Below are positions 18,332-27,907 of a DNA stretch of 64,000 bases, in pieces. Below the pieces are notes generated by a model. It was not told the DNA's origin and did not search any database. It worked only from the letters and a program-made list of their open reading frames with translations. This stretch comes from a bacterium (lineage in GTDB: Bacteria; Desulfobacterota; DSWW01). The stretch is from positions 64,001 to 128,000 of the forward strand of contig JBFLZG010000087.1 of the NCBI GenBank assembly GCA_040756235.1. The letters are read 5' to 3'. A program made the position numbers and the translations under genes. Position 1 is the first letter of the stretch; each line of letters begins with the position of its first letter.

Positions 18332-19204
18332 GTGGACGCGACGAGAGACCGCGAAAAGAAGCAGCTCGAAGAGATCGCCCATCTCTACTTCTCCAGCCCC
18401 CCGCAGCCGGCCAAGAAGAAAGCAGGGGACCCGCCGCCTGGCCTCCTGGCTCAGGGCCGTCCGCTCCGCCTGCTGTCGGTTTGCTGTCGGTCTGCCCCCG
18501 CCGAACAGAAGCGCGCCTTCCGTCTGCTGCTGAATCTTGCGGTCCTACTCAAGATCGCCGACGAGCCGGCCTTGTGGATTTCGCCGGATCCCGGCGTGCA
18601 GGCGGGAGTCACGGGAAGTCCGCGCTTCCTCGGGCGTCGCCTGATCGGCATGGCTTCGGTCGGCTTGCCCTGGAGTTACTGCGGCCCCATGGGGATCCGC
18701 TATGTCGCAGGCCTGGACCCCCGGGGAAAGAAGGCGTGTCTGGACTCGCTGCAATCCGGCGGAACGGGGCAGAGCCGGGGAAGGGCGCCCTATGCCTATG
18801 TCCTCTGGAGCGGCCTTGCCGGCTTGGGCCCCTTCGAGGGGCTCGTTCCGCAGCTCGACCTGTTTGTCCTGAGCGCCTCCACGCCGAGGACCGCCTTTCC
18901 GCCCTCCGAGCGGGGAAAGAGCTCGGTTCCCTGCCAAGCCGGAATGGTCGCTCTGGGCGTGCAAGGCGGTGAGGAGGCGGAGACCCTGTTCCTGGACTGG
19001 GGAAAGAGGCTGCGGCCCCTGTACGAGAATGAGCTCGAGCCGGAAGGTTTCGGGTTCCTGCCCGCGGGCTTCGGAGCCAACGGGGCCGGAGCTGGGCAGA
19101 GGGTGGAGGTCCTTGAGGACCCGCTGAGCTGGCAGACCCGCTGCCTTCAGCAGATCGCTGCCCGGCTGCGGCAGAAAAGGGCCGAAATGCTGGGAGGCGA
19201 TTAG
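18332..19204 (+). CDS. hypothetical protein, possibly degenerate MinD/FlhG-like
   Basis: N-terminal LEEIAHLYFS helix; C-terminal VLEDPLS...LQQIAARL resembles a MinD/FlhG tail; no Walker A. Confidence 0.55.
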   Translation: MDATRDREKKQLEEIAHLYFSSPPQPAKKKAGDPPPGLLAQGRPLRLLSVCCRSAPAEQKRAFRLLLNLAVLLKIADEPALWISPDPGVQAGVTGSPRFLGRRLIGMASVGLPWSYCGPMGIRYVAGLDPRGKKACLDSLQSGGTGQSRGRAPYAYVLWSGLAGLGPFEGLVPQLDLFVLSASTPRTAFPPSERGKSSVPCQAGMVALGVQGGEEAETLFLDWGKRLRPLYENELEPEGFGFLPAGFGANGAGAGQRVEVLEDPLSWQTRCLQQIAARLRQKRAEMLGGD

Positions 19205-19230
19205 CCCTGCTCCTTGCGAGGCCGCGGCAG

Positions 19231-19356
19231 TATTTTCCGTCACCCCGGCGCAGGCCGGGGTCCGGTCCCTGCACCCCGGGACTGCCGCGGTTCTGCCGGC
19301 ACCCTTCTGGATCCCGGCTCACACGCGCTCCGCAGTTGGGCCGGGATGACGAAATA
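19231..19356. repeat. paired CGTC-type REP (inverted dimer)
   Basis: CGTCACCCCGGCGCAGGCCGGGGTCC ... CTGGATCCCGGC ... GCCGGGATGACG; related copy at 29776-29885. Confidence 0.75.
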
Positions 19357-19581
19357 ACATACAGCCTCACAGGCTCTCTTCCGTCATTGCGGCGCGGGCC
19401 CTCTTCGTCTCCCCGAAGGCTTTCCTTCTGAGCGGTTTGTGATAAGATAAGGATCCCTCAAAGGTACGACCCGTCCGAGGTCTGCAGTCGAACCGATGTC
19501 TCGGATCGCCGAATCGCCTCCATGGCCGCCGGCGCCGCTCCGTTGCCGGGCAGCGTGTCCTCATGCGCGAGGAACGTGAAG

Positions 19582-20739
19582 ATGCTCAACATCTTTCAGA
19601 TCTTCCAAAGTCTTCGGCAGGGGCGACTGCCGCCCGTCGGGCAGATCCCTGAGCCGCTGCAGGATGCGGTGGCAGCTGTTTCGAGCCTCAGGGGCCGGTG
19701 GACGCCTTTGACCTCCGCGGAGCGCCTGCTGACTGCGTTGCGTCACAAGGAGCCGGACCGCGTCCCGGTGACCCCGGTCCTCTGCTCCGCAGCCAGGCAG
19801 ATCACGGGCACTTCCTTTCCCGAGTTCGCCCTCGATAGCGGGAAGGCGGCCGACGTCTACGTTTCAGGATTCGATCTGGTGGGAGGGGATCTGGTCGTCT
19901 TGCTTCTCGACCTCTCGGTCGAAGCCGCCGACTTCGGGCAGAAGATCATCTATCCCGAGAATTCGACGCCCAGGCCGGATCATGCGAACCCGAGCATCCG
20001 CAGCGTCGAGGATTATGCCAGGCTCCGCCCCATCCGGTTTTCAGAGGCCAAGCGCATGCAGGAGTTCGTCAAGCTCTGCCGGCTGGTCGTGAAGAAGATC
20101 GGCCTGCGCGGTCTGGCGACGGGGTTCGTCTTCGGCCCCCTCGGGGTGCTGACCATGATGCGGGGGGCGGAGCAGGTCTTCAAGGATTGTGTTCTCCATC
20201 CGGGAGAAGTCAGGAAGGCGTGCGAGACGATCACCGGCGTGTTGCTCGAGTTCGTGCAGGCCCAGTGTGAGACCGGAGTGCCTGCCGTCGTCATCGATTC
20301 CCTGTACGCTTCGCGCAACGGTCTGTCCAAGTCCCTATGGGAGGAGATCGAGGGCCCCTTCGTGCGGGAGATCAGCCGCAAAATCCGGGAGAACGGGCTG
20401 CTGGTCGGGATCCACAATTGCGGCCACGACCTGTATTTCGATTCTCAGATCAAGTTCATGGAACCCGAGGTCATCAGCTTCGCCCATCTCCCGGATGACT
20501 GTGTCACCGACCGGGAGCTGAAGGAGCGATACGGCGATCGGTTGACGCTTATCGGGTACGTCCCCACTCCGCTGCTGGTGCAGGGCTCGCCCCGGGAAGT
20601 CATGGAAGCGTGCGCCAGGCAGATTGAGGTCTTCGCAAAAGGAGGCGGATACATCCTGGCGCCGGGGTGCGAATACCCGCCCAACATCCCTCTGACCAAC
20701 GCCTTTGCCCTGGTGAAGGCGGCGGAGAAGTACTCCTGA
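19582..20739 (+). CDS. uroporphyrinogen decarboxylase / MtaA-CmuA-like corrinoid methyltransferase
   Basis: EPDRVPV, DLSVEAADFG, HNCG, LAPGCE; adjacent to a corrinoid protein; start uncertain. Confidence 0.85.
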   Translation: MLNIFQIFQSLRQGRLPPVGQIPEPLQDAVAAVSSLRGRWTPLTSAERLLTALRHKEPDRVPVTPVLCSAARQITGTSFPEFALDSGKAADVYVSGFDLVGGDLVVLLLDLSVEAADFGQKIIYPENSTPRPDHANPSIRSVEDYARLRPIRFSEAKRMQEFVKLCRLVVKKIGLRGLATGFVFGPLGVLTMMRGAEQVFKDCVLHPGEVRKACETITGVLLEFVQAQCETGVPAVVIDSLYASRNGLSKSLWEEIEGPFVREISRKIRENGLLVGIHNCGHDLYFDSQIKFMEPEVISFAHLPDDCVTDRELKERYGDRLTLIGYVPTPLLVQGSPREVMEACARQIEVFAKGGGYILAPGCEYPPNIPLTNAFALVKAAEKYS

Positions 20740-20758
20740 TCCGGGGGAGAGGAGCGCG

Positions 20759-21436
20759 ATGATGACCGATTTCCTGCTTGCCCTCGAAGAGGCCGTGGCC
20801 TCACGCGATGCGACTCTGCTGGATGAGCTTTTTCGCCGCGTCGAGGACCGGTCCGTTCGCTCCGAAGAGGCGTTGCAGGCACTGGCCAGGGGGGTGGAAC
20901 GGGTGCGCGCCCGATTCCGGCAAAACCAATCCTCCATTCCCGAGCTCCTGCTGTCGATCGACGTCTTCCGGAAGGGTCTTCGGGGAGTGATGGCGCGCGC
21001 GCCGCAGGGCTCATCACCCGACCAGGGCGACGGTATCGTGATCGGTGTCGTGGAAGGGGACACTCACGACATGGGAAAGAACATCGTGGCCGCCGTGCTG
21101 GAGGCTGCCGGATACAGGATCTACGATCTCGGCCGGGACGTCTCACGCGATTCCTTCCTGACGGCGCTGTCGGAGAAGGGCGCCTCCCTCCTGGCCCTTT
21201 CGACCATGATGTCCACGCCTCTCGAGAAGATGCGGGAGATCATCGAGTGGACCCGGAGGCTGCATCCCCGCGTGAAGATCCTGGTGGGCGGCGCCCCTCT
21301 GGACGAGCAGGTCGCCAAAGCCATCGGTGCGGACGGATATGCGGAGAGCGCTCTGACCGCACCCGAGGAGGCGGCAAGGCTCCTGGTGCGGCCGGTGGCG
21401 GCCGAAAAGGCGGTCGCCCTTCCGAAGGCGCCATGA
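20759..21436 (+). CDS. cobalamin-binding corrinoid protein
   Basis: VEGDTHDMGKNIV (DxHxxG), DLGRDV, VGGAP, GADGY. Confidence 0.92.
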   Translation: MMTDFLLALEEAVASRDATLLDELFRRVEDRSVRSEEALQALARGVERVRARFRQNQSSIPELLLSIDVFRKGLRGVMARAPQGSSPDQGDGIVIGVVEGDTHDMGKNIVAAVLEAAGYRIYDLGRDVSRDSFLTALSEKGASLLALSTMMSTPLEKMREIIEWTRRLHPRVKILVGGAPLDEQVAKAIGADGYAESALTAPEEAARLLVRPVAAEKAVALPKAP

Positions 21437-21475
21437 GCGCGATTGTTCCGATTCCTTGGCTGACGGACAAACCCC

Positions 21476-22270
21476 ATGAGCATCCGTGATTTCAACCCGC
21501 GCCTCCCGACGCCGGAAACCGTCTTCCCGGCAATGGTCGGCCGGCTCGGCTATCCTCCTTCCGCAGCTCTCAACCCGGACATCCGCCAGGGGATCGAGCT
21601 CGCCATCCGCAAAGGCCTGGACCTGGTTCGGGTGAGGACCGTTTCCCGGAAGACGCCCCTTCTGGACTGGCGCGGGGGGGTCCTCAGGGGCGACGGCATC
21701 CGGGTCTCGAGCGCAAAGTGGGCCGCGTTGATGGACCGCGCAGAGGGCCCTGAATGGATGTGCGCCTTCTTGCTGACCCTGGGAGAGGAAGTTGACGCGC
21801 AGATCTCCAGGATGCAGCCAGGGTCGATCTTCGAGGCGTACCTGCTGGACGCGGTCGGCTCGGAGCTCGCCGAGCGCATGGCGGAGCAGCTCGAATCGCA
21901 TCTGGCGGACGGCTTCGCCGCGCAGGGATGCCAGATCACTGCACGGTTCAGCCCCGGCTACTGCGACTGGAGCTTGCAAGAGGGCCAGGAGGAGCTGTTC
22001 CGCTTTCTGGCCCCCGAGCGGGTTGGAGTCCGATGCACGCCGGCCGGCATGATGATACCCAGGAAGTCCGTCTCAGGGGTGCTGGTCGCGGCGCGGCACG
22101 TGACGGATCGGGTGCCCTGTCCCTATTGCGCAAAGAGGGAATGTCCTTACCGGAGAGACGGTCGCAAGAGCTCTAGTTCCAGAGCCTGTTCAAAAAAGCC
22201 CAGATGCAAGGCGCGCGAAGTCCCGAGGAATGAGGCGTACATTCCAGTACGCCGCAGTGACGAGGGATGA
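21476..22270 (+). CDS. MetH reactivation-domain-like protein
   Basis: FLLTLG, DAVGSELAE, RFSPGYCDW, MIPRKSVSG, CxxCxxxxC; last ~29 codons come from repeat copy C. Confidence 0.85.
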   Translation: MSIRDFNPRLPTPETVFPAMVGRLGYPPSAALNPDIRQGIELAIRKGLDLVRVRTVSRKTPLLDWRGGVLRGDGIRVSSAKWAALMDRAEGPEWMCAFLLTLGEEVDAQISRMQPGSIFEAYLLDAVGSELAERMAEQLESHLADGFAAQGCQITARFSPGYCDWSLQEGQEELFRFLAPERVGVRCTPAGMMIPRKSVSGVLVAARHVTDRVPCPYCAKRECPYRRDGRKSSSSRACSKKPRCKAREVPRNEAYIPVRRSDEG

Positions 22271-22307
22271 GCGCAACGCCGCAGATGGGCGTTTTGGGAC
22301 AGGCTCT
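22181..22307. repeat. MITE-like hairpin element, copy C
   Basis: AGAGCCTGTTCAAAAAAGCCC ... GGGCGTTTTGGGACAGGCTCT. Confidence 0.85.
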
Positions 22308-22370
22308 ACCGGAGAGACGGGCAGTGCGCAGCCCAGGATGCAGCCTCAGCCTGAGCCGGGTGCGGTCTTC

Positions 22371-24599
22371 ATGGAAGAAGAGAAACTGACCTACTGCCGG
22401 ATCTGCGAGCCGATGTGCGGGCTCAAGGTGACGATCAGCGGCAAGCGCGTGCTCGGGATCCGGGGCGACCGGGAGCACCTTCTCTCCAGGGGACGGATCT
22501 GCCGGAGGGGCGTAGCCTTCTCCGAAGTGCACCACGATCCGGACCGGCTGCGCCACCCCATGCGCCGGGGCCCGGACGGGCTGGAGCGGATCCCTTGGGG
22601 CCAGGCCCTGGGCGAGGTGGCGGCCCGGCTCGATGCGATCCGCACCCGGCACGGGCCGGACGCCATCGCGCTCTACATGGGAAATCCGATGGCGTTCTGC
22701 ACGTACGGCACCCTGGCCGTGCCGGCCTTCGTGAAAGCCCTGGGCACCCGGAATTTCTTCAGCGCGGGTTCCCAAGACGCCAACAACAAGTTCGTGGCGG
22801 CCCGCGAGGTGCTGGGTTCGTCTGTGCTGCAGCCGCTTCCCGACCTGGACCACGTGCACTACCTGCTTCTGATCGGAGCCAACCCGGTCGTTTCCGGCAT
22901 GAGCTTCATCCAGGTGCCGAGACCTGCCGAGGCCCTGCAGCGCATCCGGCGAAAGGGAGGGCGAGTCGTCGTCGTGGATCCTCGTCGCACCGAGACGGCG
23001 CGGCTCGCAACCGAGCATCTCTTCATTCGGCCCGACAGCGACTACTTCTTTCTGGCTTCGCTGCTGTGCGTGCTCATGGAAGAGGGGCGCTGGGACAGGA
23101 GGCTGGCCGCGAGGGATCCCGGGGGGTTCGAGGCGCTCGGTGAGCTGGTGAGGCGCTGGCCGCCCGAGAAGACGGAGGCGATCACCGGCATTCCCGCTGA
23201 GAAGACGCGGGAAATCGCCCGTGACATGGCCGGGCCTCAGCCGGCGGCTGCTTACGGGAGCCTCGGGATCAATCTCGGCCGCAGCGGCACTTTGAACTTC
23301 TGGCTGCTTCTGGCCCTGAACCTTCTTGCCGGGCATTTCGATCGCAAGGGCGGCAGCCTGCTGTGCCGCGGGGTGATCGACCTGGGGGCCGTGGCCCGGC
23401 TCACCGGCATGGACCAAGCGGGCGCGCCTTCCCGCATCGGAGGCTTCCGGCCGGTCCTGGGAACGTACCCTGCGGCGCTTCTCGCACACGAGATTCTCGG
23501 CGACCGCGACTCGAGGATCCGCGCTCTCGTGGTCGTGGCCGGAAATCCTCTGTTGAGCGTTCCCAACGAGCTGCGGCTGCAACAGGCGCTGAAAAGGCTG
23601 GAGCTGCTGGTCTGCCTCGATCTCTACGAGAACGAGACCGGCTCCCTGGCCCACTACCTGCTGCCCACGACCGACTTCCTGGAGCGGGAGGACCTGAACC
23701 TGTCCCACACGGGGCTGCAGCTCAGGCGTTTCGCAGCATTTGCGCCGGCCGTCGTGAAGCCGGACGCGGAACAGCTTCCCGAATGGGAGATCCTGCAGAG
23801 ACTGGCGGACGAGCTGGCTCTCCCGATGTGGGGCAAGGCGATGGCACGCCTCCTCAGGGCGGCGGCTCGGCTGTTCGGGGCCGTGCGCGGCCGGCGGACG
23901 GGCGAGGGCGAGGCCCCCGTTCCGGCTCCCCGTCTGATGCTGCAGGTCCTCTTGCGCACCCTGGGCGAGGTCCGGTTTGCAGAGCTCCGGCGCGCACCGA
24001 GGGGGCTGCTCCTCGCACCTCATGCATACGGCCGATCCGGAAGGAAAGTCCGTTGGGCGCTCGCGGGCAACGGCCTCCGGATCCGCCTGGCGCCGGAAGC
24101 GTTTCTGCGCGAGGCCTGGGCCATGGAGGGACGGATCCGGGACGCTCGTTGCGAGAGCGGTGAGCTCCTGCTCGTCGGAAAGAGAGAACGGCACACCCAC
24201 AACACGTGGATGCACAACGCGCCGAGTCTGCTCGGCGCGGAAACGACGAACCATGTCTACCTGAATCCCGAAGATGCCCGGGCCAGGGGGATTCGCGACG
24301 GAGATCGGGTCCGGGTCCGCACGGCCGACGGGAGCGAGGTCGTCGTCCCTTGCAGGCTCTCCAGCGACATGAACAGGAAAGTCGTCGCTCTCCCCCACGG
24401 CTGGGGGCACACCTATCCCGCCGGCTGGCATCATGCCCAGGAGCGGAGCGGCGTCAATGTGAACCGGCTTACCAGCGATGCCGTGAGCAATCTGGAGACC
24501 TTTGCAGGCATGGCCTGGATGAACGGCCTGCCCGTGAACGTCGAGCGCATCCGGCCGGAGAGCGAGATAACGAGAAAGAAGAGGAGGAAAGGGGGCTGA
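22371..24599 (+). CDS. molybdopterin-dependent oxidoreductase (DMSO reductase superfamily), cytoplasmic
   Basis: CRICEPMCG...C 4Fe-4S motif, GANP, VVDPRRTETA, GNP, C-terminal MGD-binding domain (NPEDA, PHGWG, NVN); no Tat signal seen. Confidence 0.9.
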   Translation: MEEEKLTYCRICEPMCGLKVTISGKRVLGIRGDREHLLSRGRICRRGVAFSEVHHDPDRLRHPMRRGPDGLERIPWGQALGEVAARLDAIRTRHGPDAIALYMGNPMAFCTYGTLAVPAFVKALGTRNFFSAGSQDANNKFVAAREVLGSSVLQPLPDLDHVHYLLLIGANPVVSGMSFIQVPRPAEALQRIRRKGGRVVVVDPRRTETARLATEHLFIRPDSDYFFLASLLCVLMEEGRWDRRLAARDPGGFEALGELVRRWPPEKTEAITGIPAEKTREIARDMAGPQPAAAYGSLGINLGRSGTLNFWLLLALNLLAGHFDRKGGSLLCRGVIDLGAVARLTGMDQAGAPSRIGGFRPVLGTYPAALLAHEILGDRDSRIRALVVVAGNPLLSVPNELRLQQALKRLELLVCLDLYENETGSLAHYLLPTTDFLEREDLNLSHTGLQLRRFAAFAPAVVKPDAEQLPEWEILQRLADELALPMWGKAMARLLRAAARLFGAVRGRRTGEGEAPVPAPRLMLQVLLRTLGEVRFAELRRAPRGLLLAPHAYGRSGRKVRWALAGNGLRIRLAPEAFLREAWAMEGRIRDARCESGELLLVGKRERHTHNTWMHNAPSLLGAETTNHVYLNPEDARARGIRDGDRVRVRTADGSEVVVPCRLSSDMNRKVVALPHGWGHTYPAGWHHAQERSGVNVNRLTSDAVSNLETFAGMAWMNGLPVNVERIRPESEITRKKRRKGG

Positions 24600-24684
24600 G
24601 AAGAGGATCACGGTGTGGGTGTCGGCGGGCGTGGATGAAGGGAACCATTGAAGCAGAAGAAGCAGCAGCAGGGGAGGAAGAACG

Positions 24685-26535
24685 ATGAGTCTGCTCGTAG
24701 ACGAGAGGGATCTGCGATTCGTGCTCTTTGAGCAACTGAAGATCGGGGACTTGGTCAGGGCCGAGGCCTTCCGGGATCACTCGGAAGAAGTCTTTCAGAT
24801 GGTCGTCAGCGAGGCCTATCGGCTGGCCGAGAACGTGCTCGCGCCCGCGAACGTGGACGGAGACCGCATCGGAGCGCAGTTCGCCGCCGGGGAGGTGAAG
24901 CTCCCGGATTCCTATCATGCCTGCTATCGGGCCGCCTGTGAGGGCGGCTGGATCTGCCCGGCCGATTCGGTCGAGGTCGGCGGCCAGGGGCTGCCGACCT
25001 CCCTGGCGACCGCAGCCTATGAGGTCTTCCTGGCAGCCAACGTGGCCTTCGTGCTCTATCTTACGCTCAACCACGGGGCCGGAAAGATCATCGAGAGACA
25101 CGGCACGGCGGAACAGAAGGCCCGCTATCTGGAGAAACTGTACACGGGACAGTGGGCCGGCACCATGTGCCTGACGGAACCCGGCGCGGGGAGCGACCTG
25201 GGAGCCCTGAAGAGTCGGGCGATCCGCAAGCCAGACGGCACCTATCTGATCGAAGGGGTCAAGCAGTTCATCACTGCCGGAGACCACGATCTGACCGAGA
25301 ACATCATCTATCCGGTGCTGGCTCGCATCGAAGGGGACCCGGCCGGCAGCAAGGGGATTTCCCTGTTTCTGGTCTCGAAGTATCACGTACTGCCGGACGG
25401 CTCCCTGGGCGGCCGAAACGACGTCGTCTGTTCCGGGATCGAGCACAAGATGGGAATCCGCGGATCGGCGACCTGCACCCTCAACTTCGGTGAGAACGGC
25501 CGGTGCGTGGGCGAGCTGATCGGTGCGGAGCGGCAGGGCCTGCCGATCATGTTCGTCATGATGAACGAGGAAAGGCTCAACGTGGGGCTCCAGGGGCAGG
25601 CGATCGGGGCCACCGCCTACCTCTACGCCCTCAAGTTCGCGCGGGAGCGGGTGCAGGGCACCCGGATCGCCGACGGGAAAGGGGCCGAGCCGGCGCAGGT
25701 GGCGATCATCGAACACCCGGACGTGCGCAGGATGCTCTTGTGGATGAAGGCCTACGTGGAAGGGATCCGCGCGCTCCTCTATTACACGGGCTATTGCATC
25801 GACCGGGAGCACGCGGCCACCGCCGAAAAGGAAAAGGTGCGTTGGTCTTCCATCGTCGAGCTGTTGACCCCGATCTGCAAGGCCTACGCGAGCGACATGT
25901 CCTATGACGTCTGCGAGCAAGCCATTCAGGTGCACGGCGGCTACGGCTATTGCTCGGAATACCCGGTCGAGCAGTTCGCCCGGGACTGCAAGATCGCTTC
26001 CATTTACGAGGGCACGAACGGCATCCAGGCCCTCGACCTCCTGACCCGCAAGATCCTGCGCTCCAAGGGCCAGACGGTCCAGTGGCTGTTCGAGGAGATG
26101 ATGCCCATAGTGGAGCGCCTCCGTTCTCATGGCGTTCTGGGTCCCTACGCTCAAGTCGTGGAAAAGAGCTTCGGGTGGCTCAGGGACGCCATGCAGCACC
26201 TGGGCGCCCTGATTGGAAAGGGCCAATTGGGTGCCGGCTTCCTCGAGGCGACGCCGCTGCTCGAGGTGTTCGGCGACGTTCTCACGGGCTGGCTCCTGCT
26301 GTGGCAGGCCGAGATCGCCCAGGCTCGGTACGGCGCGGTCCTCGAGGAGGCCGCGAAGGACGGGACGAACGAATCCGAGCTCATCGAGCGGAATCCGCAG
26401 GCAGCGTTTCTGAAAGGGAAAGTGGCGACCGCCAAGTTCTACATCGGCCGGCTCCTGCCGATCACGGAAAGCAAGGTCTCGGCCCTGAAGCGGGTGGAAA
26501 CGGCTCCCCTGGACATCCCGGACGCCTGCTTCTGA
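24685..26535 (+). CDS. acyl-CoA dehydrogenase
   Basis: MCLTEPGAGSD, KQFITAGDHD, EHKMG, QVHGGYGY, IYEGTNGIQA. Confidence 0.95.
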   Translation: MSLLVDERDLRFVLFEQLKIGDLVRAEAFRDHSEEVFQMVVSEAYRLAENVLAPANVDGDRIGAQFAAGEVKLPDSYHACYRAACEGGWICPADSVEVGGQGLPTSLATAAYEVFLAANVAFVLYLTLNHGAGKIIERHGTAEQKARYLEKLYTGQWAGTMCLTEPGAGSDLGALKSRAIRKPDGTYLIEGVKQFITAGDHDLTENIIYPVLARIEGDPAGSKGISLFLVSKYHVLPDGSLGGRNDVVCSGIEHKMGIRGSATCTLNFGENGRCVGELIGAERQGLPIMFVMMNEERLNVGLQGQAIGATAYLYALKFARERVQGTRIADGKGAEPAQVAIIEHPDVRRMLLWMKAYVEGIRALLYYTGYCIDREHAATAEKEKVRWSSIVELLTPICKAYASDMSYDVCEQAIQVHGGYGYCSEYPVEQFARDCKIASIYEGTNGIQALDLLTRKILRSKGQTVQWLFEEMMPIVERLRSHGVLGPYAQVVEKSFGWLRDAMQHLGALIGKGQLGAGFLEATPLLEVFGDVLTGWLLLWQAEIAQARYGAVLEEAAKDGTNESELIERNPQAAFLKGKVATAKFYIGRLLPITESKVSALKRVETAPLDIPDACF

Positions 26536-26566
26536 TCGCGGCCGGATCTGTCAAGAATTCGGCTCC

Positions 26567-26693
26567 CGGAGGCTGTTCAGAAATGCCCAGACGCAAGGCC
26601 CACGAAATCCCGAGGAATGAGGCGTACAGGCCAGTACGCCGCAATGGAGGGATGAGTGCGACGCCGCAGATGGGCGTTTATGGACAGCCTCCG
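26567..26693. repeat. MITE-like hairpin element, copy D
   Basis: CGGAGGCTGTTCAGAAATGCCC ... GGGCGTTTATGGACAGCCTCCG. Confidence 0.85.
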
Positions 26694-27664
26694 CTGAACC
26701 ATCTCTCCAGCCAGGCCGCAGGCCTGAGATGATTCTTCATCTCCTCGGTGAGCCTGGGCACTGCGAGCCACTGCCCCTTGGCCAGAGCGATGGGTGAGAG
26801 GTCGGTCCCGCCGAGAGGCACGATACCGCCGGCTGCATACCAGAAGAGCCGCTCCGGAGACCTGCCTCGAACGGCCGTGCACGCCGCGAAGCAGATCATC
26901 CTCTCTCCGATCTCCACCCGCCGCAGGAAGTCGATGTCCAGCTTGACGGTGATCCCTCCCTGCCGCGTGGCCAGGAACCCGCTCCACCCCAAGGTCTCGT
27001 CCAGCACGGAGGCCAGCGCGCCCGGGTGCAGCTCCTGATCGGAGAGGCGGAACCAGAAGAGCCTGGATTCGTCCTCCGGGTCGATGCCCATGGAGGTGAA
27101 GACGATCCGGGATGTTTCGTCTTCCAGGCAGTAGAACCTCCTGCCGAGCCCTGGGTGGGATCTCTCGTTGCCGCAAACAAAACACTGGCTTGCGTAGGGC
27201 AGAGGGATGACTTTGTCCCTGGCGTCCCTGCCGAGCGCCTCCATCATGTGCAGGACGGGATCCATCTCTTCCAGGCTGCATCGGGCCGGGCCGGAGTCGA
27301 TCGCGGCCGTAAGGGAAGGAGAGGCCGCATCCGGTCTCGTGACGGAGGCGCGAATGGCTCCTGCCTCCTTCCGGGTACGGATGCGGACGAGGTCGCCGAG
27401 GAAGAGCCCGGGCCCTCCCCAGCGAAAGGAGGCGCGGATGGCATCCTCGGGTTTCCAGAACACGGGGTCGTCGAATCCGTGGTGGACCGTGTCGAGGATG
27501 GCTGACATCAGGATGCCGCCGTGGGGCAGCTCGAGCCATCCTTGATGGCGGGCGTCCAACGGCAGGATTACGCTCCTTCCGTCCGGCATCGAATCCACGG
27601 AATCCGGGGTCAGGAACCCGCCGGGGCCGCATGCGGTGCATCCGTTTCGATGATCTGATGACAT
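26678..27664 (-). CDS. double hotdog-fold (PaaI-like thioesterase) protein
   Basis: two repeats of CxxCG...HGG/HPG...LD; stop codon lies inside repeat copy D. Confidence 0.75.
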   Translation of the reverse strand: MSSDHRNGCTACGPGGFLTPDSVDSMPDGRSVILPLDARHQGWLELPHGGILMSAILDTVHHGFDDPVFWKPEDAIRASFRWGGPGLFLGDLVRIRTRKEAGAIRASVTRPDAASPSLTAAIDSGPARCSLEEMDPVLHMMEALGRDARDKVIPLPYASQCFVCGNERSHPGLGRRFYCLEDETSRIVFTSMGIDPEDESRLFWFRLSDQELHPGALASVLDETLGWSGFLATRQGGITVKLDIDFLRRVEIGERMICFAACTAVRGRSPERLFWYAAGGIVPLGGTDLSPIALAKGQWLAVPRLTEEMKNHLRPAAWLERWFSGGCP

Positions 27665-27907
27665 GATTCGCTTTCCATCACGCTGGGGTTGGCGGGCAGG
27701 CTGAAACCCGACGCCGGAAAGCGGATTCAAAGCTTCTACAAACCCGCTTCCGTTCCGGTTGCTTGATTCACCTTTGAGGACCATCTATTTTCGATCCGAG
27801 CTTCATTCGTGGCATCTGGGTCATGAGGTGCCTCGCAGCTTCGACCCCGGAGCGGCGCTCGAGAAGGGGATCCGACCCCGGTACGGACACAGAAGGAGAG
27901 CAGGGAC

